A stretch of 64,000 bases of DNA, from NCBI RefSeq assembly GCF_030028105.1, contig NC_092379.1, positions 29,133,821 to 29,197,820 on the forward strand. The letters run 5' to 3'. This document shows positions 1 through 12,762 of this stretch, in pieces (positions within the stretch are counted from its first letter, which is position 1; every line of letters starts with the position of its first letter). The stretch comes from Mobula birostris (lineage: Eukaryota). The notes below the pieces were generated by a model that saw nothing but the letters and a program-made list of their open reading frames with translations, was not told the origin of the DNA and did no database searches. Both the position numbers and the translations under genes were made by a program.

Positions 1-900
1 GGCCTTGTGAACAAGAGCGTCGATTTCCCTATGAATTTACGCCGCCACCCTGGATTGGGGCAAAATGATGTTAGCTACCCCTCTCCTTTCGGCTTGTCAA
101 ACTGGCGGGACAGGACAACAAGCTTCTGATTCCTAGAATTTGTTCGATAGATCAAGGTGAAATTATCCGTTTAAAAAAGACCACCTGGTCTGCCTAGAAT
201 TCAATGCCTTGGCTTCATGAATATACGCCAGGATCTTCTGGTCATTCCAAAGAATTAAATGGTTCTTGGCTCCCTCCAGCCAGTGACACTATTTCTCAAA
301 GCTAACTAAACTGCCCAAAAGTTGATTATCAATTAAAGGTAACGTCCTTAAAGAGACTATGACAAATACCCGTACTGAAGCAGTTTCCTGGCCTTTAAAT
401 AACGGAAGCTAGCGTGGTTGGGAGCGCCTCGTAACGGACAGGGGAAATGCAGCCTGTCCTGCTAGTTGCATATTGTGCTGGCTGATGCGTTAGGTGGTGA
501 GTGGTTCAAAAACTCTGCCGATCAGAGCGGGACTCTTTCAGATTAACTTGAGGGATATATGCTTCATAGTCTGCAGCGGCAATCTATTGCACGTCTCGAT
601 TCCGTTGACAAAGAGTAGTCTGCTGCCTTCTTGCAGCCCTTGAGGTGCGGGTTGCATCCGCAATACCATTAGAGAAAGATATCCGTGACCCTGCCCCAGT
701 GTCCGTGACGGAACGCACAGATATTTTCAAGCTGGCAGAGGTAGTAGCTTGGAGGGCAGATTCCATAAAGTGGTGTACCCCATTGCGACTGAGAGACGGA
801 TTACTTTCAATAAGTTGAAACCCTTGGCCGACATTAGAGAGAGTAAAATCATATCTGCGGCACATTCCACCTTGTGTATATCTGAGGGTGCTGCCTGCGA
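1..900 (-). mobile_element. Degenerate Ty3/Gypsy LTR-retrotransposon pol remnant (RT thumb, RNase H, start of integrase region)
   Basis: Minus-strand reading across frameshifts gives (D)[48 protein letters not shown]. This matches the Gypsy RNase H motif [21 protein letters not shown]...DHKNLAYI..AKRLNSRQARW. Weaker matches to DASD.GVGAVL and IAAPLT occur further upstream. Confidence 0.6.
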
Positions 901-960
901 ACGGATTGATTGGTTGTGAGCACCGAACTGATCCTATCCGTGCACCAATAAGAATGAGAT

Positions 961-1480
961 TTGCTGGCTGTTTTCCCTCGTATGTATAATCCATTCACTC
1001 TCCATTTTTCTCACTCCGATTGTTCCTCCTTTTTCACTCACTTGTGGTCTCTGTCACTCTTTACCATGCTCCTTCCCCTCTCCATCTCTATTTCTGTTCC
1101 ACTGTACCATTCTTCCTGGTCTCTCTTTCCCACTTTCTCACACACACCATCATCAATGTTCTCTGACTATCCCGCATCTTTTCTCCAAACCTCTGCTCGG
1201 TGCTTGCTCCATCTCTACTACCCTACCCTATCTCTCCCTCCCCTTTGCACTCTCATCGGATTGCTCCATGTTGGTCACTCACTCACTCTCTCTCTCTCAC
1301 TATCTCTCTCTCTCTCGCTCGCTCGCTCTCTCTCTCTTCTTGCCTCTCATCCTACTCATCTCCACCCTTCATTTTTTCATTCTCTTGCTCTTTTATTCTA
1401 TCCATCCTTCATTCAGTTTCTCTCACTTTTCTTCCCTCTGTCTTGCTCCTTCCCTTTTGCTCGTTCTTTCAGAGAGTAAA
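961..1480. repeat. CT-rich polypyrimidine low-complexity tract with (CT)n microsatellite
   Basis: Plus strand is almost only C/T. Similar tracts lie at about 2100-2400, 3380-4200, 5100-5320, 7900-8480, 29640-30300, 33400-33770, 36050-36330, 38400-38870, 42780-43100, 43560-43860, 47500-47990, 50460-50790 and 60320-61090. Confidence 0.9.
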
Positions 1481-1589
1481 ACTCGCGCATGCTTTAATTT
1501 TAGTGAGCCTGTCTACTCTAATTCCGTTTTCACGTGTCTCTGTAGAAATCCCACAAACAGCTTCAGCTCAGTCTGAATGCTGCTGCTGG

Positions 1590-2095
1590 AGTCCTCACCA
1601 AGACCAAGAAAGTGGAACACATCAACCCAGCTCTCAGATCACCTAAATCGCCTCTTGTCCATCAGAGGATTGACTTGAAAATATTGCTACCAGTTTATAA
1701 AACACAGAATGATTTAGGACCAAAATATATCTCCGATCTCGTTTTGCATTATAAACCTTCCCGAGCTCTCAGGTCATCTGGGGCGGTTCTACATCTCGAC
1801 ACCGTGGTCAAAACTAAACATGATGAAATAGTATTTAGTTACTATACACCACATATCCGGAATAACCTTACACAGGATCTGAGGTTTGCCCCAACTTTAA
1901 GCTCTTTTAAATTGAGGCTTAAAACTTTTTTTTGCCTTTGTAGCTTTTAATTAGAATATCCTGCACTGCAGCCTGTATTCTATTTTTAATCTATTCATCG
2001 TATCTTTTATGTGATTTTATTACCTTGTCTGAAATTTAATGTTTGAGTTCTATGTAAAGCACTTCGAACTGCCTAAGGTTTCAAAAATGCTATAC
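1590..2095 (+). mobile_element. L2-clade LINE 3' end fragment
   Basis: ORF 1612-1950 (HINPALRS...QRIDLKILL.VYK..N.LGPKYISDL...PSRALRSSG...FKLRLKT) is the typical L2 ORF2 C-terminus. Confidence 0.75.
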
Positions 2096-2714
2096 AGAAA
2101 ATTGTCTTCCCTTGCCTTTCGTTACCGTGACTAGTCTTCAATACACCCTCATGTTCTGCTTCCTCTGGGTCTTTCTTTCCCTGTTTCTTTCTCCACCCTC
2201 TCTCTCTCTCTACTTAATAATCCATCGATTACCATCTCTCTCGCTCCTTCACTTCCTCATTGAGATTACGTCTCCCTTATTCATTCACTTTCTTACTCTC
2301 TCATTCCTAAACTCCCTCTTTCTCACTCCATTTTACTTACCATATAAGATCTCCACCTATTTCACTGGATTTCACTCCCTTTCTTCCCCACTCGCAAACC
2401 GCTATGCACACTCATACACATCGCTCTCCGCCTTCCACTCCTCCGGCAAATAATGGACAAGCCACTGAAGCAGACAGAGGACGTCTTTGCCTCTAGGTAT
2501 GCAGCGGAATCCGGCAGAAGAGCCTCGGGGCTATATAATGGGCCATTGGCCATTTTTGCCCAAACAATCTGACATCCTTACAGATGTCTTTTGCTACTGA
2601 ATTTTACCCACTTTTCAGGAAAGCACATCACCCTCGCAGATACTCGGGCGCGCCGCTTCCCTTTTTCCAGCAACCGGCGCCCTCTAGCGACGGCTCACTG
2701 TATCACCCCGAAAC

Positions 2715-2753
2715 TGATATTGTGCAGGGCCGTCGGTTCCTTGCAACAGTGTG
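2715..2753 (-). other. 23-RSS of the family A V (heptamer CACACTG 2747-2753, spacer 23, nonamer ACAATATCA 2715-2723)
   Basis: Directly abuts the V coding end with an exact 23-nt spacer. Heptamer is 6/7 and nonamer 6/9 to consensus. Confidence 0.85.
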
Positions 2754-3180
2754 TTCCCTATGGCACAGAAGTACACGGCTGAGTCCGATACAAGAACACC
2801 AGAGATGTTCAAATTCGCTGTCTTGCTATCTTTCTGCACACTAGCGGTGAACTGCGCTGGAGATTCTGGAGATTTTTCTGCAGCATATGATTTCAGCAAG
2901 TATTTTACAGATTCTCCGCGATACTGAATGTACCAAAAAACATAAGTAGTAATGCCACTGTAATTACAATTCAGAGTTACGGTTTCTTCTTCCTCAACCG
3001 TTAATTTATGCGGCCGCTGGGTCACTGAATCTTTCCCAGTCGCTCCTGCCAAAAACAAAAGATAAGAATACATGAACAGCTCGGTCTTGACAGGGCACAC
3101 GGAACAGATAGACGCCGTTCGCGCGGATACTCACTGGGCAGAACAGCCAACATAATCAGCAAAGAACAGAGGGAAAACAT
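2754..3180 (-). CDS. TRAV/TRDV: Intact TCR alpha/delta-type V segment, family A. Leader exon 3135-3180, intron 3046-3134, V exon 2754-3045
   Basis: Spliced translation MFSLCSLLIMLAVLP-R-ATGKDSVTQRPHKLTVEEEETVTLNCNYSGITTYVFWYIQYRGESVKYLLKSYAAEKSPESPAQFTASVQKDSKTANLNISGVLVSDSAVYFCAIG. Has a GTGAGT donor, pyrimidine-tract-CAG acceptor, both Cys, FWY, the D-x-A-x-Y-x-C motif, and an RSS immediately 3'. Confidence 0.92.
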
Positions 3181-4470
3181 GGCGTCTGGCTTCAAGTTCG
3201 ATCAAAACACAGCTTACTTCCAATAACTTCAGGCCGTTGACAGATATTGGAAAGTAAGATCAGAGCTGCGACGCCTTTCAACTGGTATAATGCGGGGGGG
3301 GGGGGGTGGGCGGTGCTCTGTCAGGCAATTTATTGGTGAGCGCAATAAACCCAGTCACCAACCAGAATGGGGTTTGGTTTCGTTTGTCTCACTGCTTCTG
3401 CTTGTCTTTGCAACCTATTTTCTCTCGATTCTGATCGCCGCGTTGGCCCTCTTACTTCCACTCATTTACAATCTCGCTCACTGCTTTCCACGCACTCTAC
3501 CTTCTGACTATCCCTTTCTGATCTGCTACTTCTCTCTGTCCCCCTTCGCTCTCTGTCTCTCATTTACAGACTCACTCCACAATCTCTATGTCCCTCACTC
3601 CGGCTCTCTAGATTTTCTACTTGCGCAATATTTCTCTATCTTCGCTTCTCACTATAATAGGCTCCTCACCGCTATCCTTTCCTTTCTCATTTTCTTATCT
3701 GTGTTGCTCTTTCTTCCTTATTACCTTTCATTACCTTTTTCTTCCCCTCTCTTTCCTCCCTATATATTGTCCCTTCCCTTCCTCTTATTTTTTTTTATAT
3801 TTCCTTCTTTTCTCTTCCTACTCCGTCACTCCCTCCTTTGCACGCTCGCATTCCACTCCATCGCTATTCCCTTCATGCATTCTTGTTCCTTTTCTCCGGT
3901 CTCCCTTTCCATTCCTCTCTCCTGCTTTCACCGTCCCGCACTCTCTATTTCACTCGCTTTTGCTCTCCTCCACTTGTGCATCTTCCGTCTCTCTCTATCT
4001 ATCTATTTACCTTCATCTCCATCTCGCTTTTCTCTCGACCACCATTTCTCTGGTTCGTCACGTCTTCATTGCTGTCTACATCTCCATCTTTGATTAACTC
4101 TCCCCCACTCTATCTCCCTCAGTCTCTTTCTCTACCTCACCCCTCGCCGCCATCTTCCCTTGCCCCGACTTCCACATCACACGCCCTATATGCCAAAATG
4201 CTGTTCACACATAATCTTTATCTCTCGCCTTACTTCCGTCCACATCCGAAAATAAGGAACACGCCACAGGACAGGGATAAAGAGGAAAATACTTGCTCGG
4301 TATTGTTGGCCGGGCAAGGTGTGTGCGGTGAGGCTTTTGAATTTCTTGTCCCTGCAGCCTCATTTCAGAGAGTGTGCCTTGTTGCGCGGCTCCTGTGGAC
4401 GGGCCTTGTTGAATGTTCAGAGTGGAAACGAGGGCGCTACCTGGAACGGACGCTCACTACACTCCGGGTG

Positions 4471-4911
4471 AGCTTTCCTCCAGATTCGCCGTCGCCATGG
4501 AACACCGCGGGATCAACGGTGCAAAGATTCACGGCAGACAATGGCACAGGAAACCGGAGATATTTTATTTAAGCTGCTGCCCAGTTTCGTCTATAGCACG
4601 TGAAATCCTGAACGGACTGTCATCACACCGACTCGCATCTCCAGGGCTTTTTCGGAGATTTTCCAGAATGTAGCAATTACCACAGATAGTCTCTGCCTGC
4701 TTCCAAGTAGCTGCAGCTCAATGGCATTCCCTGTTCTTCCTCGATCATTAACACCCTCGGATCCTGAGTCAACGGATTGTCCCACTCCTACCTGCAACAA
4801 ATCTCAGAGTATGCGAGCAGCGCGGATCGCACTGACCACGTGTTACCCGATTAGACAGAGACTCACCAGGCAGAGCAGTCACTGCGATCAGCAAACACCA
4901 CAGGGCAACAT
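4471..4911 (-). pseudogene. TRAV/TRDV: TCR V pseudogene, family B (paralog of 30651-31082)
   Basis: Leader 4867-4911 is 45 nt (1-nt deletion). Donor GTGAGT; V exon starts at 4791 and aligns to family B (TQD..L.IEE...LSCSY.E.GR.YLW*LLHSGKS). Has an in-frame stop, indels and a decayed RSS (CGCGGTG/23/AGGAAAGCT). Confidence 0.88.
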
Positions 4912-5449
4912 CGTGTCAGCATTACAATCAACAATCCGACATTATGAAAATCTGATCGTAAAGCATGTCAGGATGAGCAGATACTCACTGGGGGACATGT
5001 AGCGCGTCTCTCACACCTAATTGGTAATTTGCTGAAGGTGAGCTGATCACGAAAACAATTAGAGTGAACATGTATAACAGGGTCCCTCAGTTTCTCACTC
5101 TCGGCCCTGCTCGCGGGCGATCTTGCTGTCTGCATCCTTCCAACACCCTACCGCCGTCCCTTCATTCCCTTCATTAATCACCCTTCCTCATCTGCTTCCT
5201 TTTTCTTTTCCCTCTCCCTTACTTTTTTTCTTCTCCCTCACTTTCTCCCATTTTCTTCTCTTTATTCCTCCCTCTCACGATCTCATTCTGTTACCCTCCA
5301 CTTTCATCCCTTCATAATGAACTTACTGAAAAATCCAAACAATGCTGAAATTCTATCAGAGTTTGTTGGCTAGAATTGCTCTCCTGCAGGCTGTTTTGGA
5401 GGTCCGTTCTTCGATTGCCGTGTCGAATGGCATATACGGTAATGTATTT

Positions 5450-6100
5450 TTCCACGAACAGGATTACTCTGGGCATATGTTTCTACAGAAGTGGTTTGCT
5501 ATTGCCTTTTTCTGGGCAGTGTCTTTAGAAACAGGGACTCCTCTTATTATCAATACGCTTCAGAGATTGTTTGCCTGCGGTAAGTGGTTGGATAGCCAAG
5601 ATATGTGATATGCACTATCTGCTCATACGTCTATCCACCACCTGCTCCCATCGCTTCACGCGACCGTGATCAGGATTTTCCAGAATGTAGCAAGTATCCA
5701 TTTCCCAAGGGTGACCTGCTGACTACCTGAGGGAAGGAGCACTTTACACCACCTTTGGTAAAGATGTACCTCCACCCCGCTAACCAGCTTTGGGGGTATT
5801 GAATCGATAAAAATCACAGAGAAGGAATACAAATCATTTGTACTTTTAGAGAATTCCGAAATATAGTTTATGGAGAATTTAGAAAAATGAAAGTATATGT
5901 TAAAGGATGGAGAAGGAGTCTGGAATGATCCAATGGCCTGGCCTTTCTCTTTGACAAATGATCGTAACGCTGTACTTGGATTCCTGGTTATTGTCATTAT
6001 GATTTGTTGTTAAAGCATCTAATCGCCATGTCTGGCATACTCACTAAACAGACTAGGGAGCTTCTACAACGATGGTAAAGAGCAAACGAGAAACATCCAG
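5450..6100 (-). pseudogene. Possible very degenerate V pseudogene (leader-like exon 6045-6096 plus V-like fragments)
   Basis: GTGAGTAT donor at 6037-6044. A 20-nt exact match (5674-5693) to the W-Y-x-x-H-S-G-K-S region of the V at 4658-4677. Downstream LIIRGVPVSKDTA...FC resembles the F strand. Confidence 0.35.
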
Positions 6101-6199
6101 TTTGGTGTGGCACAGCCAAGAAGGGCCAAAAGGCCTGTTTCTGTGCTGTAGTTTTTTCTAAGGTTTCTATGGTTTCTATGGTCCCCTTATTTAAGAGGT

Positions 6200-7300
6200 A
6201 TGGTACACACTCTCACAAAGGACGTTCAGAGAAGCTTCACTCTGGTTGTTCTTTCAGGACAATATGGAGCAGTTTCTGGTAATGGCTCTAAAAACTTGTG
6301 CCAACCAACTGGCGGGAGTATTCAAGGGCATTTTCAACCTCTCGCTGCTACGGGCGAAAGTTCCCACTTGTTTCAAAAAGTTAACATTTATACCAATGCC
6401 TAAGAAGAATAATGTGAGATGCCTTAATGACTATCACATTTAGCACTCACACCTACAGTGATGAAATGCTTTGAGAGGTTGGTCATGACTATACTGAACT
6501 CCGGCCTCAGCCACGACTTGGACCCACACAATAGGTCAATGGCAGACGCAATCTCAACGGCTCTTCACACGGCCTTTCACACAGACCACCTGTGCAATAC
6601 ATACACCTATAACAGAATACTGTTCACCGACTTTAGTTCAGAATTTGACACCATCATTCCCATAATACTGATTGATAAGTCACAGAACCTGGGCCTCTCT
6701 ACCTCCCTCAATTGGGAGCGCGGATATGTACATCAGGGGTGTGTACTTAGCCCACTGCTCTATTCTCTCTATATCCATGACTGTGTAGCTAGGCATAGCT
6801 CAAATAGCATTTATAAATTTGCTGATGATACAACCATTGTTGGTAAAATTTAACATGGAGACGAGAAGGGGTACAGGAGCGAGATATACCAACTAGTGGC
6901 AGCAACAACCTTACACTCAACATCAGAAAGACGACAGAGCTGATTGTGGACTTCAGGAAGTGTAAGACAAAGGAACACACGCAATTCAGATAGAGAGATC
7001 AGAATTCGAGAGAGTGAGCAGTTTTAAGTTCCGGGATGTAAAGATCTCTGAGGACCTAACCTGGTCGCAACATACCATTGAAGTTATAAAGAAGACAAGA
7101 CAGCGACTATACTTCATTAAGAACATAGTACATACTGCATAGAAATCTACAGCACATTACACGCTCCTCGGGCCACAACGTTATGTCGACCATAAACAGT
7201 TTCAAGAGAGTTGATATGTCAGCAAAAACACTCAAAAACTTCCATACCATTCTAACAGGCTGCATCACTGTCTGGTACGGTGGGGGGGGGGACGTCTACT
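6200..7300 (+). mobile_element. Rex1/Babar LINE RT remnant
   Basis: [44 protein letters not shown] and [10 protein letters not shown]. Confidence 0.8.
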
Positions 7301-7329
7301 GCACAGGAGTGAAAGAAGCTGCAGAGGGT

Positions 7330-7735
7330 CGTAAATTTTTCTGGCACAGGCGAATGAGGGGGGATCTTATAGAAACATTCAAAATTTTGGAAAGGATAGA
7401 TAAGATAGAAGTAGGAAAGTTGTTTCCATTAGTAACAAAGGTGACATTGCCTCAAGATTCAGGGGTGAAAATTTGGGACGGAGATGAGATAGAGGGTGGT
7501 GAATCTGTAGAATTCTCTGCCCAGGGAAGCAGTTGAGGCTTTTTCTCTAAATATATTTAATAAAAAGTTAGATAGGTTTTTACATAGTAAGGGAATTAAG
7601 GGATATGGGGGAAAGACAGTAAATGGAGCTGAGTTTACGGACATATCACCCATGATCTTATTGAATGGCGGGGCAGGCTCGATGGACCGCATGGCCTACT
7701 CCTGCTCCTATTTCTTAGTTCTTCTGTTCTTATCT
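7330..7735 (+). mobile_element. CR1 LINE 3' end fragment
   Basis: MRGDLIETFKIL..IDK...GKLFPL followed by the CR1 3' UTR and a short tandem tail. Confidence 0.75.
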
Positions 7736-9239
7736 CCGCATTAATGTTAACATAGCGAACCCCCAATGGAAGAGAATGAGTTCACATCAGTACCAACAAA
7801 AACGCTAAGGGCAATAGGGACAGTATGAATTGTCTGATGAAGAAGAGATTATGGGACCAATAGGATAAATCATATAATATTACAATCCCAGTCGACTCTT
7901 TACACACGTCCTCCTCCTGCTGTCAATTTTCTCCCCTCGTTTTCTCACATTTCTTCCCCTTTCTTTCTCTCCATATTTCTTTCTTTGTTCTTCCTCTCAC
8001 TTCCTCTTGCCATTTCATTCCAACTTTTTCCCTCTTCCTTTTCCTCTACCTCCATCCCTCTCTGCTTATCCTCTCCCTCCGATGCTTTCTCTTCCTGATT
8101 TTCTCATTCGCTAGCATTCTCCCACTGCCTCATCATCCAACCTCTCCACAGTACCTATCTCTGCATCCTGTCTCATTCTCTTTCTCTCTCTGTATCTGCC
8201 TATCTGTTATCTTCTTTTATTTATTCTCTCTCACTTCCTTCTTCCTCACTCCCTCCTCCCACCTCCCACCCCTCCATTTTAACTCTGTTTTCCCTATTTA
8301 TGTCTCTTCTGCTTTTTTCTCTTATCTCTATCTCTTCCTCTGTCCTCCCTGACTCCTTTCCTATTTCCTACTCCCTGCCCCCGTCTTCGTCTCTGTTCTA
8401 CCTACATCTAAATTTTTATTTCTCTGTTTTTCTCTTTCTGAAACTAGCTCTCTTCAATTCCCTCTGTCCTCCCCTCACTGATTTTGCACCACTACAACTG
8501 CAGAAGACTTCCCTCCGAGTCCCGAGACGGCATAGAGTACATTATGAAACTCAAAGTAGGGGATACGTGCAGACTTCAGAAAAAGGCAAAAGAAACGGAT
8601 ATCACAAGTATAGATGCTGCCTCGACTGCTGAGTTCCTCTAGCATTTTGTGTGCGTTGCATAGAAACGGATATCAAGCAATAGCAACGAAATCTTGATTG
8701 ATTAAGTGGTCTAGCTTTTCCCCTCTGCTAATGATCGTATTACTGTAAACAATCCGTATTACTGCGGATTACTGTTCATTATCAACCATACAGGTGACGC
8801 CTTTTGTGTACACAGTAAACATAATAGGGAGCTACTCCAGCAATCGCAAAGGGTACAGGAGAAACTTCGTTCTTTGTGTGCTCCTTAAAGAAACAAGAAA
8901 ATTCATACACGCCACGAAATACATTCATGAATTCTTTACTCTGGGAGTGAAGTGGCCGTCCTTTGAGCAGAATATTGAACAATGTCGTTGTTTATAGGGC
9001 TGGGATAATATTCTACAGAAATGATACAGTATATCGATCTAACAGTCTGTGTTTTATATTAAAGATTAGAAGATTAAGCAACGTCTGTGTTCAATCCTAT
9101 AGGATACTAAAAGCGCTTTCGAGGACAACTGCCCAAAGGACTCTTTTGGCAGATAGGACAAAGAGATAACGATAGGATACAGAGACACTTCATAATTCAG
9201 AGCTGAGAATATGAAAGATACTTATATTGCGAAAATATA

Positions 9240-9720
9240 AAATGTTGGTTAACTCACACTTGACGTATTATGTGCAGATCGGTTACTAGAAAAGAGAATG
9301 TGTACGGATAGCGGCTGACGCTGCGGGCTGGGGTGGCGGGGTGGCGGTGATGTGTCGAGCTAACAAAGGGTTCAGATGGAGAGATCTGATAGGGAAGGAA
9401 AGAGGTGAGTGCAAGAAGATAATGTAGAAATTATGGGACGATGGAACAGTAGGGAGAGGGAAGCGGATAGGAAATCTACTTTGTCGACAGGGTGAAGGAG
9501 GAGGAAGAAGTTGGGCTGGGTGGTGATTGGAGAATGGTGAGGGGGAAAGGTAATTTGATGGAACAGAGGAGAGAGGGAGAGAAGCGGGGTGCCGTCGGGT
9601 TACAGTCACCGCTGGGGGAACATGGCGTGCGTTTGCACTTCAATTTGCATTGGAATTCATCCTTACGGTGGAGGAGGCCAAGGACTGACCAGAGCCTGGA
9701 TTCACGCTGAGGCTCAGGGA
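9240..9720 (-). mobile_element. Penelope-like element 3' remnant (GIY-YIG C-terminal region)
   Basis: SVLGLLHRKDE.Q.KL matches the Penelope endonuclease C-terminus, followed by the characteristic pyrimidine-rich tail. Confidence 0.6.
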
Positions 9721-10049
9721 CAACCATGATAGGCTGAATTGTCTCATTCTTCGCGCTTATCAGCTGATTTTCAGCTGTGCTCTTTAAGGTGTTGTTCCGT
9801 GTTGAGTGATGAGTGGAGGGGGGTGAGACTTACTTACTGAAGTCCCCATCACCACTACTGGGACATGGTCTGTCGACAACAGTTCTCTAGAGTCCTCCGT
9901 CGCGGGCCAGTCTTTCAAGTTGCCCCCAAGGTACGTAGGAAAACCGCTGGCTCCTTTTACTCGAACTACCTACAGAGCATCCCGAAGAAGGAACCACCTT
10001 CTCTAGTCGTAGCGTCAAAGTGCTGTACATCACGGAGATACACTGTTCG

Positions 10050-12762
10050 GCCCAACTCGCCTAAGCTAATTCAATTGAACACTGCACTCCAAGTGGGATC
10101 TAACTAAGGTTTTATATAGCTGTAACATTACCTCACGGCTCTTGAACTCATTCTCACGGTTGATGAAAGCCAACACACCATACGCCTTCTTGAAACACTG
10201 TCAGCCTGTGCAGCAGCTTTGAGTGTCCTATGGACATGGACTCCAAGATCTCGCTGATCCTCCGCACAGCTAAGAGCCTTACCTCTAATATTGCATTCTG
10301 TTTTCAAAATGGGCCTACCGAAATCAACCACTTCACACCTATCTGGGTTGAAATCTACCTTCCACTCTCAGCCCAGTTCTGCATCCTATCGATGTCCCGT
10401 TCTAACCTCTGACAGCCCTCCAGACTATCCAATACACCCTCTAAATTTGTGTCATAAGCAAACTTACTACCCCACCTTTCCACTTCCTCATCCACGTCAT
10501 TTTAAAAATCATAACAAGGACGGATCCCAGGACATATCCCTACATTTCACCACTGGTCGCCATCTTCCATGCAGAATACGAACTACACAACCAGCGTTGC
10601 CTTCTGCGGTCAATCCAATTCTGGATTTACAAAGCAAGGTCTCCTTCGATTCCATGCTCCATTATTTTCTGAATGAGCGGTACCACAGCAAATGCTATAT
10701 TGAAATTCATATACTCTAGATCCACTGCACTAACCTTCATCCGTGAGTTTTCTTACAAAGAATTCAAATCACGTTCATAAGGCATGACCTGTCTTTGACA
10801 AAGCTATGCTGGCTATCCCTAATCGGATTATGTCTCTCCAAATTTTCACAAATCCTGCATCTCAGGACCTTCTTCAACAACTTGCCCACCTCTGAGGTAA
10901 TACTCACAGGTCTATAATTTCCTGGGTTATCTCTTTCTTGAACAAGGGAACAATGTTTGCAATTTTCCAGTCTTCTGGTTCTGCTCCCGTCCCTATTGAT
11001 GGAGCAAAGATCATAGCCAGGGGCTCAGCAATCTTCTCCCTCGCTCCTCACAATAGCCTGGGGTTTATCGGGTCTGGTCCTGGCCACTTATATAACTTAA
11101 TACCTTTCAATGGATCCAGCACATTTCTTGATGTCTATATATTTAAGCGTTTCAGTCCGCTGTAATTCATTCCCATGATCGCCAAGGTCCTTTTCACTGG
11201 TGAATGCAGAAGCAAAGTATTCATTATGTACCTCCGCTACCTCCCCCGACTCCATGCACATGTTTCCACTCTCACTCCTGAATGGTCGTATTCTCACACG
11301 GCTCAACCTCTTGCTCTTCACATACTTGTAGGATGCCTTGGATTTTTCTTTAATCCTGCTTACCAAGACCTTCTCATAGCCCTTCTAGTTCTCCGAATTT
11401 CATTCTTGAGCTCCGTCCTGGGGCCCTTGTAATTTTCCAGAGCTCTAACAGTATCTAGTTTCCTGACCATTTCGTAGCCTTTTCTCTTCTTCTTCATTAG
11501 AATTTCTACGTCTTTTCTACACCATAGTTCGTTTACCCTACCGTCCTTTCTCTGCCTCAGTGAAACATACCTATGCAGAATGCCATGTAAATGATTCCTG
11601 AACATTTGCCACATTTCTGCCGTGCATTTCTCTGAGAACATCTACTCCCAGTTTAAGTTCCCAAGTTGCTGCCTACAAGCATCGTATTTTCCCCTACCCC
11701 AATTGAATGTTTTCCCAAATTTTCTGCTCCTATCCTTCTCCAGCGCTAAAGTAAAGGAGACAGAGTTGTGATCACTAGCTCCAAAATGCTTTCCCACCAA
11801 GAGATCTGATATCTGACCAGGTTCATTTCCCAATACCTGCTCAATTACAACCTCTCCTCTAGTAGGCTTATCTACATATAGCGCCAGAAACTGTTCTTCA
11901 ACACATCCTTATGAAGTCCACCCCATCTAAAAACCTCGCTCTAAAGAGATGCAGTCAATATTGGGAAAGTTAAAATTATCCATCGCAACAACCCTATTAT
12001 TATTGCACCGTTCCGGACCTGCCTCCCTATCAGCTCCTCGGTGTATCTGTTACTATTGGGGTCTATAAAAAACACCCTGTAGAGTTATTGCCCCACTTCC
12101 TGTTTCTGACCTCGACCCACAGTGACTCAGCAGTCAATCCCTCCATAACATCTTCGTTTCCTGCAGTCCTCATACTATCAGTGACTAGCACTGCCACGCC
12201 ATCACTTCTTTTGCCTCCCTCCCTGTCCTTTTTGAAACAACTGAAGCCCGGCACACTCAACAGCAACTTCTGCCCATGAGACATCCAAGTCTCCGTAATA
12301 GCCACAACATCACAGTTCCAGGTATTGTTCCACGCTCAAAGTTCATCCGCCTTGCTCGTGATACTGCCTGCATTAACATAGACATATTTAAACCAACTGG
12401 CCGAGTGCCTCTTTGCTCTATCATCTGCCTATCCTTCCTCATAATCTCGCTACAGGCTGTCACAGCTTGTGTGCCAACAGCCCCATGCTCTGCCTCTTCA
12501 GTTCGTTTCTCAACCCTCTGAAAATCTAGTTTAAACCCACCCCAATAGCATGAGCAAGCCTCCCTCCCAGGATATTGTCTCCTCTCCAGTTCTGGTGCAT
12601 GACGTCCAACTTGTAAAGGTAACCCCTTCCACAGAAAAGGTCCCAATGATCCAAGAACTTGAAACTCTGCCCCTACAGCATCTCCTCAGCCGCTCATTTA
12701 TCTGCGCTGTCTTCTTGTTCTGACCTTCACTGGCTCGTGACGCCGGGAGTAATCCGGAGATT
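10050..12762 (-). mobile_element. Old CR1 LINE, part 1 (end of ORF1 esterase, ORF2 endonuclease and RT fragments)
   Basis: ISGLLP.SRASEGQN (ORF1 esterase), AITETW and SDHNS (APE), YKYVKSKR and QRDLGVHVH (RT region). Confidence 0.85.

Noticed and set aside
584-994. ORF containing ASLKISVRSVTDTG, resembling a V-domain F strand
   Set aside because: No YxC, Trp or RSS, and neighbouring frames align better with Gypsy RT/RNase H.
961-4572. Long plus-strand ORFs rich in Leu/Ser/Phe/Pro (e.g. 961-1479, 3290-4093, 3838-4572; likewise 38396-38942 and 60797-61318)
   Set aside because: They are by-products of CT-rich tracts that lack stop codons; no domain signal.
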